Part shown: positions 25,963 to 37,043 of the stretch, one piece after another
Position numbering within the stretch: the first letter of the stretch is position 1
Layout of the letters: each line of letters opens with the position of its first letter
Source: Ptychomitrium polyphyllum
Lineage: Eukaryota
Direction of reading: 5' to 3'
Length of the DNA stretch: 64,000 nucleotides
NCBI GenBank assembly: GCA_973851085.1
Contig: OZ316776.1
Location: 14,632,001 to 14,696,000, forward strand
Program-made: the position numbers and the translations under genes
Notes under the pieces: generated by a model
What the model saw: the letters and a program-made list of their open reading frames with translations, nothing else
Told to the model about the DNA's origin: nothing
Database searches by the model: none

Positions 25963-28224
25963 ATGTCGTCACCGCAATTGGGATCGCATTATAGCTCACA
26001 CATACTGCTACTTCTCGTACTGTCTGTACTCTTTAACTCAGCAACGAGCGAAACCACCAATTTCAGCTTCCCACAATTCTCTTTCAATGAAAGCACAGTG
26101 AGACTTTTTGGAGATGCCCAATTTGATGGCAACAATGATTCCATTCTCATGAATTCCAATGGTACAGTGAATGGAACTTGTGCAATGTTGATGTATGATG
26201 ACAAATCAAACGGTCTGCTTATTCAAGATTCTCCAGCTCGTTTATTTGCTTCGTTCAACACATCCTTCACATTCAGGCTCACAAATTCGACAGAGCAATA
26301 CTTCTGGGATGTAAATACACCAGAATTTAGCACTGACACCACAACCTTATCCACTACATTTGCCTTGGTCCTCACCACTTTCCCATTGAACACCCTCGAT
26401 TTCTTTCCTATGATTCTAGCAACGACGACCTGGACTGCTCAGCCAGGGCCATGCAAGTCTTACACCCAAGGAAATGTTTCATACTTTGGAGTAGAATTTA
26501 ACACTGGCAATAGTTTTAACAAAGGAGAACCCAGCAATAACTTCATAGGCATACTCAATGGCGTGAATGATCAAGTCCTTCAACCAGGGTCTACATTCAA
26601 CCTCTGTGGTGGCAATCAAACTCATTGCTCGTATCTTTCAGGTGGAGGTATCTTCACAGCTTGGATCGATTTCACTCCACAACAAACCCTCCAAGTGCGA
26701 CTCGTGAATGGGTCCCATCTTCACACAGATAAGCCTCTCAATCCCCTCTTTGAGTACCTTTCTTTCAAATTGCCAACTACTATGGGAGACTATGTAGCAC
26801 TCAATTTTGTTGGAAGTTCCTCTCTAGACCACATCAAAGCTCACGAACTGTATTCATGGAACTTCTATAGTGGTGGCATTCAAGAGGCAATTTCTTCCTC
26901 CAAAAACATATGGATTGGCCCTACGTTTGGAGCCCTTGGTGCACTTGCAACCTTCTTGGTCATAGGCTGCCTTTCATGGCGGTACGCAAAGCACTGCCGT
27001 GTTGTGGCATTCAACTATGCTTCGGGGCCACGCAAGTTTTCATACAAGGAGCTTTGCATTGCAACCAAGGACTTCAGTGGCACTGAAAAGCTGGGTAGCG
27101 GTGCATTTGGAACCGTCTACAAAGGCTCTTTCCAAAGCCAGGGCCGTGCTATTTTGCTGGCCGTGAAACGCCTCAATTTCGAGTCCAAGCACGCTGAGGC
27201 AACCTTTTCCGCCGAAATATCTAGCCTTAGTCAAATCCGGCACGGCAACGTGGTTCAACTGCAAGGTTGGTGCCATGAAAAAGGCCGGTTGCTATTGGTG
27301 TACGACTACATGAGCAATGGAGGCTTGGATGAATGGCTCCACGATGCGGGCGGCGGCAACGGCGGCCGTAGAGGAGTGCTCTCGTTGAGAGCACGGCATC
27401 GAATTCTGGTCGGAGTGGCGGTGGCCCTTGAGTACTTGCACAAGGATTGCCCACAATGTGTTTTGCATCGAGACATCAAGTCGAGCAATGTGATGTTGGA
27501 TGCTGATTTGAAGGCCCATCTTGGAGACTTTGGACTTGCACGCTTGATGGACCACAAGAAGTTGGACACAACCACGATGGCGGCAGGGACGATTGGCTAC
27601 ATGGCTCCAGAGCTACCCTACACAGGAAAAGCAACAAAAGCGTCTGATGTTTATAGCCTGGGCATCTTGATCCTTGAAGTCCTTTCTGGAAGGAGGCCAC
27701 TGGATTGGAGAGCTGAAGAGCCTGAGGACATGTTGTTGCTGCACAGAGTGTGGCGAGCTCATGAAGGATGTAGAATCATATCTGTTGCAGATTCAAGTTT
27801 GCTGCAAAATATTGAGTCGTTTTCAAGAGAAGATACTACTACTGAAAGTGGACTAAATAAGTCGGCAATGCTAGAGCAAGTTTCTTCTTCAGCCGCTCAG
27901 AGTTGTGATACAGCTGTGAATTCTTCAGATGCTATGAGTGATATTGTCAATGTAGAAGAAATTGAGAAGAAAATGGTTAAGACTGTCCTGCATTTGGGGC
28001 TCCTGTGCTGCCTTCCAAATCCCGAGGAACGACCGACTGTAGAAGATGTGATCCGCATATTGCAGGAGATTGGTGACATCGACAGTGTAGATCATAAAAC
28101 CACCGAAGTAACAATGCCACCTGTTCCAGACACAAAACCTTTGGGTCTATACAGCTCAATGGAGTTTTCACAAACAGGTTCACGATCCATTGAACAATCT
28201 GAAGGTATTCCAGTGGAGAGTTAG
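25963..28224 (+). CDS. L-type (legume) lectin receptor-like kinase, 753 aa, intronless (LecRK-B)
   Basis: Signal peptide; lectin motifs (NFSFPQFS, ASFNTSFTF, FGVEFNT); same TM and RD-kinase core as LecRK-A; distinct C-lobe and tail. Confidence 0.95.
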   Translation: MSSPQLGSHYSSHILLLLVLSVLFNSATSETTNFSFPQFSFNESTVRLFGDAQFDGNNDSILMNSNGTVNGTCAMLMYDDKSNGLLIQDSPARLFASFNTSFTFRLTNSTEQYFWDVNTPEFSTDTTTLSTTFALVLTTFPLNTLDFFPMILATTTWTAQPGPCKSYTQGNVSYFGVEFNTGNSFNKGEPSNNFIGILNGVNDQVLQPGSTFNLCGGNQTHCSYLSGGGIFTAWIDFTPQQTLQVRLVNGSHLHTDKPLNPLFEYLSFKLPTTMGDYVALNFVGSSSLDHIKAHELYSWNFYSGGIQEAISSSKNIWIGPTFGALGALATFLVIGCLSWRYAKHCRVVAFNYASGPRKFSYKELCIATKDFSGTEKLGSGAFGTVYKGSFQSQGRAILLAVKRLNFESKHAEATFSAEISSLSQIRHGNVVQLQGWCHEKGRLLLVYDYMSNGGLDEWLHDAGGGNGGRRGVLSLRARHRILVGVAVALEYLHKDCPQCVLHRDIKSSNVMLDADLKAHLGDFGLARLMDHKKLDTTTMAAGTIGYMAPELPYTGKATKASDVYSLGILILEVLSGRRPLDWRAEEPEDMLLLHRVWRAHEGCRIISVADSSLLQNIESFSREDTTTESGLNKSAMLEQVSSSAAQSCDTAVNSSDAMSDIVNVEEIEKKMVKTVLHLGLLCCLPNPEERPTVEDVIRILQEIGDIDSVDHKTTEVTMPPVPDTKPLGLYSSMEFSQTGSRSIEQSEGIPVES
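26598..27699 (+). repeat. Inverted-repeat arm 2 (1102 nt) shared with 17928-19029
   Basis: 26598-26792 is near-identical (two synonymous mismatches seen), 26793-26836 is divergent, and 26837-27699 shows no differences that I could see. Confidence 0.95.
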
Positions 28225-28847
28225 TGGAAAGTGAAGGATAAGTCTGTTCATTATGCGGACATCACCTTCGCTTGTGGCATGGATTTAATTTAAATGTAAA
28301 TGATCATTCGACTCAAGGGGGCTTTATTTCGAACTAGTTCTTGTTGCCTTCAGATCCAGCCTTGAACGCATTGTACCGCTTGTGCAGAGCTGGTTCTGGG
28401 AGGTTCTGGTTCTGGTTCTAAAGTTTTTGTTTCTATGGTTTCCTTCAAGTCGTGGAGGATTGGTATATAGAAGCTTGACTTGGGTAAAGTCCTGTCGGAA
28501 TAGTATGGTGTCTGGAGGATTTTGGAAATTGATTTCGGTTGAATTACCTAATTAGACAAAATTCGCGGCCTGTTGTCGAAGTACCCTCACATAGTATGGA
28601 GCCCGTTGAGATGCCAATACTGATAATCTATAATTGACTTGAAGAGGTAAACAGCACTTAAACTTAGAGGCATGATACTATTAATGCCGATAAATCAGGC
28701 TATATAAAAGTCTTCGTGGATGATCACCAGTCACACTTTTCTCATTCAGTACGTTTCAAATTGCACAAGCTGGGGCTTCAATACCACATTGATGTACACT
28801 CCTGCACCCTGTCCGGTAATACCGACGTAAGCCATGAGAATGTTCGC

Positions 28848-29015
28848 GATAGGTGTTCTCAAGAAATCATTCATAAAGATGTGAAAAGCAACATCCTGCT
28901 CAAAACAAACTTATTAATTGCGAAAGTTTCTGATATCGAGCTCTCCAAACTTCAAAGGAAAGACCATCAAGATGCTGCTCATGTCACGACTGCAGTGAAG
29001 GGCACCCCCCTGGGT
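28848..29015 (+). pseudogene. Receptor-like kinase fragment (subdomains VIb-VIII), degenerate
   Basis: DRCSQEIIHKDVKSNILLKTNLLIAKVSDIELSKL...HVTTAVKGTP resembles HRDVKSSNILL...AKVSDFGLSKL...HVTTAVKGTxG. HRD has become HKD, one Ser is missing, DFG has become DIE, and the flanks are not kinase-like. Confidence 0.8.
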
Positions 29016-31779
29016 GTAAACAGACACTGGGCACTACCCGGATACCACCGTTCACCACCACACGTCACATGTCACGGGCCATGGCGACCTCCAGTAACCA
29101 TCCTGCATCAAATTCTCATGTGCTCTTTGCTGCATCTTTGCACATGAAGGGAAAATCCTTAGAGTGCAGCAGCCCGTTATTGGGCAAGGGGGTGCTTTTC
29201 AAATCTCGAATTTTTGAATTTGTGAATGTCTAGTGTGATTTGGTTTCAGAATGCAAGTTGTTCTATTTCTAGATTTGGTATTGGACGTCCTTAAGTTTCT
29301 CAGAACAGCGCACACAAAACAAATGGGGTGGTCCTGGAGGCATTGTAGCAATAATCATATGAGAGCTTGAATTGCTTTGTGAGGTGCTACTAGATTTACG
29401 TCACATACTCATGTCAAATGTGGTGCTGCGGCCTCCTGGATTCTCAACTCGTGTTTGCAGTGTAACACATATATTACCAACAACATTGCATTCGTCCATT
29501 GTTTGACAATTGAAGGCTGAGAGCATCTTGTAAGCTGGCTGATAAACATGTATAATTTGATGTGTGAATTCAGAAGGATCATATTCAACAAAAAGTTTAC
29601 TATTCTGATGATCCGACTGCATCAAACAAGTCGAACAGGCTTTGAATATTTCTTGTGATGAGAAGACTCTTACATCTGATGGCAGAAAGGAGTGTGTAAA
29701 GGTAGGGGATAAATGGCAGCGAAGTACACGAAAGCAACAACGACTAGGTCACACGTTTCTCTGGACCAGGTAACTTCAACTTCAATGATTATTAGTCGCT
29801 ACCCCTGAAGATGCCCTCACAATACGTAGACAGGAATGCTTAATTGACCTAAAACATTGTGAAGCACACCGACATGTGAGACATGATACTACTGTTTAAT
29901 TTACATATTTACTATTTTAAATTGTTTGGGAAAAAATCTTCGCCAATACCCCTAAATTGTCCACCTTCACCAATTGGATAAGATCTTTCCTTATACTCTC
30001 TTTTGGAACATCCTTTTATTGCTTGAATTAATTAAACACTTGTTTCAAAATTGCCACTTTATTTAAAACTAAACCTTATTTTCAAAGGGGTTTGTTTTAA
30101 ACACTTATGTATGGATGTGTTTATTATGAGTATGCCAAAAGGCCTTTTTATTTTGGACATTTCCAATCCAACTCTTTGCAATGTTTGTTTGGAATGAGAT
30201 TAAAAATGGTTTTGTAAAGAATGTTTTTAAATATGAGTCTAATCGCTCTCATGATAATGGTGCAATGCTTCTTTTTTGCCATAATGACATCAAGATCATA
30301 TAAGAGATCTTAGACTATTTCCTTTATTAAGCCTTTAACGAATTCTACAATTACTTGGCTATTATTTATCTTCAACTTGTTTCATTAAAATATTTCTTGC
30401 TCATTACAAATTTTCAAAATTCTTTATTACAACAAGGCCTTTGTATTAACATTGAATTTCTTCATTGAATTATGATTTTTATTTTTATTGTTTACCAATA
30501 GGATTTTTTTGCTAACACTAGCCTTCTTCTTTCTTTAAATACGCAATAGACACTTTGTTTCAACATTGTGTTATTGGTTTGTACCGACTCATTTTCAAAA
30601 TCCAATTTCAAAATCCAAAATAACAAAGTACTATTTGACTAAATAACAATGTCATCATTTATATCCAAAGACATCCAGATGACAAATGAAGACATGTCTA
30701 AAAGAAGTCTTAGAAAGAAGGACCTAATATTTTCCAAAATATCCATTAAAGCATTTACTAAGCTTGGTGACATTTACCACAAGGCAACCTAGAAGTAACT
30801 TTTTTAATGCCTCAACATAGGCTTGTTTTTATTTAGCACAAATCGAATTTGATTTTAGTTTTGAAAGTTTGTAGTAATTTGAATTCCAACAAGGTGACAT
30901 CTTTATTAGCTTACCCAATGCACAATTTAAAGTTGAATTTGTTTGAATTATACCAACATGTTTGAATTATACTTTTTTGTTGTTTAAGCTTACACATATA
31001 CTCATTTAACTAAGAAAATAACTAAAAAATTTTCTTGCTTAGTTATAGGTGCTCCTTCAATCCCAACTTTGTAAATGTTTCAATCATAAAGGATAATAAA
31101 GGACAAAAAGGTTCTACTTGCCGCTCACTACTCACAGCAAGTTCTCCCCCTTACTTTCCTGCAGTTATTTTTCCTTGCACGAATGTTGTTGCTTTTGGAG
31201 GAGGGTGTTCACAGGGGTCATTGATGAATGCTTTGAAGTCTGCATGTCCCAGCATACTTGAAAACTTCATCATGCTCATCAAAGAGATGCAAGCTTGGAA
31301 ACAATAGCAACTATAATGACACACGCGGTTGTGAGTTGTGCTGAGGTTAGGATTGTGGCCACTCAGCCACTGGTTTGGGTAGAAGCTTCAGAGCCCTCAC
31401 TCATTGTATTTGGCTTCCCACACTACCCGTATCATACTAAGAACAAGTATTCTTCAACCTTCAGAAACTGTAACAAATCATTTGATAAGTCTGGGTAAGG
31501 TCAACTCTAGGCTGCGCTATTGGGTTGAGCGTTGCAGGTTAGAATTGATCACGTGATGTCGAGGGGACAGGCCTTCAAAGTTTCCTTATAAAATGAAGAA
31601 GATAGATTGAAGCTCCAGAAAATCAGCCAAGTTGAGTAGGATCCAATTCTCGAACATTAAACATGAAGGCTCAGAAACACTGGTACATTTTCAGACTGAT
31701 CATCCTGTTCACCTGGAAACAACATCTTTCTAGTTCAAAACAGATACAGTATCTCTACATCTCCTCAAGCTCTGCTGGA

Positions 31780-33362
31780 TCAGAAACTATACATGTTCCT
31801 TTGCAGCAGCTGGTCTCTCAATTGCTGATCTGCTTGCAGCCAGTCAATACCATTTGAGAGAAGCCCCTGTTTCAGCTGGCCCAGATGCCGAGAGAAGAGA
31901 ACTTCTCTGCTGGTGGTCGGAACGCGCTCACCTTGGTACTCGTCCAACGCAGTCTCGATTTTATCAGGGCCCCATTTTGAAATGGCATTGCTCAGCACAA
32001 GCGCGTCAACGATAGACATGTTAGTGCTTCGCAAGCCATGAGGGGATGTAGGATGGGCAGCTTCTCCAACCAGCACTACACGGCCCCATACGAATTGGCG
32101 AAGAGGCTCCCGGTCAAAGATTGCGTTGATGAAAGGGTGCGTTGTCGATTGCATCAGTTTGGCTAACGCGGGCGGCCATATGCGCTGCGCTTCCTCGTGA
32201 AGGTCCTTGAGAGCATTCTCATCAGCTTTCACAGTCACTGACTTGCCCTAGACACCGAAAACATCACAAGCTTAAACCCTAAAATCCACAAGCTTATTTA
32301 TAGAAAGAGATTTGCTCATAAGAAGGTTCGCGCTGTTGTATAGAAGGCAAAAGAATCAATACCTTCAATTGGGGCTCAGGCTGATTGATGTACCATAACC
32401 AATTCAACCTGCCTTTCAGAAGTTCATACAACACTGCGTGTGTGTCGTGGGCAATGTCAAAATAGAGGCAATGGCCAACATCTGGGAAATCCCTCTTGAT
32501 GCTGCTTGCCACTTCTCTGGCAGATTCGTCAGATACCTCCAAGACGCCTCTCCAAGCACAGTAGCCAGAGTACCTATAATGCAAATCACTGACAATTAAT
32601 TACAATCCATCTCCTGGTCGTGACACGCAATCGCTATCAAAGAATGGAACAAAGACATCTCTCCTGGATTAGGTTTTGCGTTTGTTTCAGAGACCTTCTC
32701 ATTTCATTTGGCACAAGTTTCTCTCGCGTTTGTGACATGGATCCATCGGCAGCGACCATAAAATCCGCCTCAACTTCGTCTACAGTATCCCCTTCCTTAG
32801 ACACTCTCACTCGTACACGCGGCTCGCCACTGACACCTTGAAGCTCCTCATAGGAGAGAACCTCGTGGCCAAACCGCACAATGCCCGAAGGGAGCGCATC
32901 ATGTATGAGATGGTGCAAGTCACTCCAATGCGCAGCTCGATGGTTGTAAGCGTCGTCTTTGATCACAACAGAGTCGTCTCTCTTGTTATCAACCGCTCTG
33001 TTCTACACCCTCTCATACAACACTACCCAAGGTGAGGCCTATAGCAATTGCAGCAAGAAATTTATATGATGGAGAATTAACGGCCAATGAATTAGCTACC
33101 AGAGGCTCACCTCCTCCACGGTCAGCGGCAGAGACGACGCTTCAAGCGCATCCCCTAGCCCCCACTCTCGAAGCGCATCGCAAGCGCGGGGATCCAAACC
33201 AAGTCCAGCTCCTGCAGCCGAGACCGACCGCGCCTTCTCGAACACCACTACCTCCAGCCACTCCGATGATTGCAGTAAAGAATGCGCACAACACAACCCT
33301 GCGATGCTGCCGCCCACTACCACCACTCTCTTGCTCTTTTTCCCCTGCTCATCCTTCCCCAT
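31780..33362 (-). CDS. FAD-dependent monooxygenase / aromatic-ring hydroxylase family, about 412 aa, 4 exons (33362-33111, 33002-32695, 32573-32363, 32247-31780)
   Basis: Rossmann VVVVGGSIAGL; AADGSMS (DG motif); RYSGYCAWRG; VVLVGEAAHPTSPH (GD-type motif). All introns are GT-AG with consistent phases. Confidence 0.9.
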
Positions 33363-34850
33363 CTGGATCGATCGACCTCCAAACTGGGTTCCCTCCTCCT
33401 CGACGTTGATGAATCTGAGAAAGCCTCGCTACTCAAGCTTGCACCTTCGGCCAACTTCATACGCGATACTTCTCAAAATCCTTCACTCCAATCAAGCTCA
33501 GAAGTACTCACCGAAGAACAAGTTTGCATTTTACGAACCTAGCTACACAACCCTCGCCATAGCCGAACAGGGGATGAGTGACAAGTAAGCATTTGCCATG
33601 ACCGATTTTGCAGATGACAAGTATGAATTCTAGACAGTAGGGGCTGATGATACCGAATATTCTGTCACTTTTCGCTGTCTGGACTTACTTGCTACCAAAA
33701 TGTTCATTCTCTGCATGGTACTGCGTTCCTTCGGGCTCCTGATATTCCGATTTAATGAAGATTTTTGCGTTAGGTGGCTCCTATTTGAGGTCTGATTTAT
33801 GCGCAGGTGGAAGTGCATGGCTTAAACGTTGAAGGTAATGAAGCTCTTCTCGAAACTTCGTGGCTCTCTAGTACGCGCTATAAAGCGAGGACTTCGGTAA
33901 TTTTACGCCCATACATGCGGGTAACTTTTTTTGAGTTTCCTTCTCACACGACAGAGCACATGACTTTAATCTTCAATCGCTGCCTTGGCAAAACCATCTG
34001 CATAAGTGCGAAATCAACTCGCTGATGTTGCCTTTGCAGCAAGTCTAACAGCCACATGCAGGCCACGAAGAACTTGGACTCCAGTAAGCTGTCGATCTAG
34101 GTCCTACTAGCCTCGAGCATGTCTTCAGGAACACAATGTGTAGGTTATGACGGCAGCGCAAATTGGACTTGCATCAATTTACATTACGTATGTTTGTTTA
34201 TGGCCTCTGAGATGCTCGACTTCGTTAGAATGTACTTAGAATCTGAAGTGATTCCAACTTGGACTGGTACAGTCTCTCCCCCCATGAATCTCCACTAAAC
34301 GATGCAGAGTTGTTTGAAGCAGTGGACGTTGATCCAACTACATATACAACAAATGAAACAGGTAAATCTACTGGAACAAGACTTCAAACACCAGATGCAT
34401 CAATTGGACGGACCAAAACTCCACCAAATTCATTAATTGGACACTTTCTGCTCCCAATCCAGACAAAGGATGTACGTAAACAACTTTCACCAGTCCCTGG
34501 CATTTCATTTTAGATGCAACAAAGAGGTGTATTAAAATAGATTCTTCAAACAAAATTGGTCACAGTATTGCTAATTCAATGCATGAGGAAGAGCATTAAG
34601 CAATGAGCATCTATAAAAGCGCTCGAGTTGATAGTGATACATTGCCGTCGGGCGACACGAAGGCTCACAACTGTCTACAATCCTGGAAGATAACTTGAAA
34701 CACCTTCAAAAATAAACCAGAATATCAAAGTAATAATATCATTTAGAGACACCTACAGCATCTGCATATTACCCCACCATCTGTACAAGTCCTGTCCAGA
34801 CATGAAAGTCTATACAACCAGAGCTCGAATATCATGTGATACGATCCGCA

Positions 34851-36128
34851 TCAAGTAATAGTGTTCCAATGAAGTTCACACATATCATCGAACACATCAT
34901 ATACTAGTTCGTCCTCATTCAATGCTGGAAGGTCACGCCACTTCCTCCTGGATATGTCATAAAGCCATGCGAAATCATATTTATATGGAGATCGAGATGA
35001 CTCATCGTTCTTTAAACATACCATCAGAAAGCCTCCGCTTGCATAAAGCTTCATCGTGTGTTCTCCTTTTGGAGGTCGCTCGAAAGGACCACATCTATGA
35101 GTATTCACTTGCGCCCATCTCCAGCCGGTTCCATTCCGTTGAGCTTGATACTCTGAGATACAATAAGCACGATAAAAGAGACACGAAACCATGCCAGGAG
35201 GAACTCTTGGATATTCCTGCGCGATTTTCTCAACACGGTTATGAACCACATGTAGCACAAAAAGACGGTCCTTTGTAAGTGCGTGACACTTTCGAAATGC
35301 AACCGGCAACTCATGCATTTCCCCCTCTGCAAAATCGTATGCCCACGGACCAGTGCACTCCGTCTGCTCATCACAATACTCGTCGTCCTCATGCCATTGA
35401 TATGACAATCCAAGAACAGGATCCAAAGACCGTTCTGCTTTGGTCCATTGCCTCGTCACAGAATCATACACATGTGCCATGCCACTTTCGAAACAATCTG
35501 CCCTTCTCCTGCTATCAACAACAATCACCCAATAATGTTTCGAGCCACGGTCCACAGAAAGCTGCACCATTGTGGACTGAGTACCGCTAAGATGCTCTGA
35601 AATGGGGAGCTCATTCCTATCTTGTGTTAACGGATTCAACACAGTAATACACAAGCCTCGTACACCCTCTCTCCTACGTGCTTTAGAGACAAAGCACACT
35701 AACCCTCCATCAGCTGCAATAATCTGAACCCAAGGCTCATCGTTAATTCGAAAGACATGCCATTTATTTGATTCTACATTAAAAACCCTTGCCCAGAGCC
35801 TATCGTCATCATCCGGATCCATGTAAACAAGTGCAAACGAGCTTGTAGAAGCCTCCTCACATGCCTTCCTGAACTCAGAACCTGCTGTATCAATGTTCGC
35901 CTTCCATTCCTTAGAAACACATCGTAGGCGCTTAATTGCAACCAATGGAAGACGAACAAACACCAGCTGCAAAACCTCTTTTGGCAGGGTCCCCCAAAGC
36001 CCAGGGTTCATCAATTCACCTTCGCCTGAGCCCGAATGTACACATGCAGTAGACTGTCTCTTCGCTTTTGTTGGTTGCATGATTGACTTCTGAGACATCT
36101 GTATCTTGCACCGCATATTCGAGCACAT
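34851..36128 (-). CDS. F-box protein with kelch-like/beta-rich C-terminal domain, up to 425 aa
   Basis: F-box LWGTLPKEVLQLVFVRLPLVAIKRLRCVSKEWKANI; AADGGLVCF, VLNPLTQ, YDSVTRQW and YDISRRKWRDLP are typical of plant F-box/kelch-like proteins. The true start may be a downstream ATG. Confidence 0.88.
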   Translation of the reverse strand: MCSNMRCKIQMSQKSIMQPTKAKRQSTACVHSGSGEGELMNPGLWGTLPKEVLQLVFVRLPLVAIKRLRCVSKEWKANIDTAGSEFRKACEEASTSSFALVYMDPDDDDRLWARVFNVESNKWHVFRINDEPWVQIIAADGGLVCFVSKARRREGVRGLCITVLNPLTQDRNELPISEHLSGTQSTMVQLSVDRGSKHYWVIVVDSRRRADCFESGMAHVYDSVTRQWTKAERSLDPVLGLSYQWHEDDEYCDEQTECTGPWAYDFAEGEMHELPVAFRKCHALTKDRLFVLHVVHNRVEKIAQEYPRVPPGMVSCLFYRAYCISEYQAQRNGTGWRWAQVNTHRCGPFERPPKGEHTMKLYASGGFLMVCLKNDESSRSPYKYDFAWLYDISRRKWRDLPALNEDELVYDVFDDMCELHWNTIT

Positions 36129-36770
36129 GGAGCTTCTGCAGGCCCTGCCAAGAAATCGCCAAGCTGGTCTTGCAAGGCGCTTGCTACTTCAAAAAAGTTT
36201 GGCATCCCCGCTTCCCTTTCAAAGGCTTCCGATTGAGCAGTCGCATCCTTGTCCGTCATCTCTCCGACTCCGACATAATCGAGGATTCTACGATATCTTC
36301 GACATAATCAAAGATTCTCCGACTCTTCGACATTACCTTCGATTCCGTAGTGTTTTCGCAGCCTAAGAGATTCTAACGAGAAAATAGTTTCAGAGGCGAT
36401 GAATAAATACTTGTGATAGAAATCAACCCCAACCCAATCGCTCTACCTCCATTACCGACACATTCTGCTCCTAGCCACGAAACCCTAAATCCTACACTGA
36501 CAGTCTGCTTCAAGTACAACCCTGAAAAGAAACACAGCCAGCCAACCAGGAGGAAATTTGAACGTTAGCGAGTTGTAAACAGTCTTGACCCAATTATAAA
36601 ACTCAAAGTAATCCAATTCTAGCAGTCCAACGAAAAGCAAGCCCCAAAACTCTAGTCTTTGCAACGGCTCACTCATAGAGACAACAAAACTCTATAACAA
36701 CACTCCCAAAGGACGTAAAAGCCCACATTCACAACACAAAACAACACGTTAAACAACAACAGACAACAAC

Positions 36771-37043
36771 AAGGGCTAATGTAGCTCCACAAGACCATCA
36801 TCAACAACACCAACATGCATCCCATACCATACCCTGTAAACTAACCAAAAGCACCAACAAACAAGAAACGATCCCAACGACTAGCTCATCAATTCATCAC
36901 ATTCAACTATTACACAAAGTTCGACAAAAGCTAATGTACTCCACGTAACAACATCAACATCGACATGAACATCTCTTACCACATCACATCCCTGAAAACC
37001 AAAAGAATCCCACAAGTCAGAAACGATCACAACAGCTAACTTA
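36771..37043. repeat. Diverged tandem duplication (period about 155 nt) upstream of the F-box ORF
   Basis: The series gctaatgta(g)ctccac...catcaaca...ccctg...accaaaag...agaaacgatc(c/a)caac occurs at about 36775-36885 and again at about 36930-37035. Confidence 0.65.
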
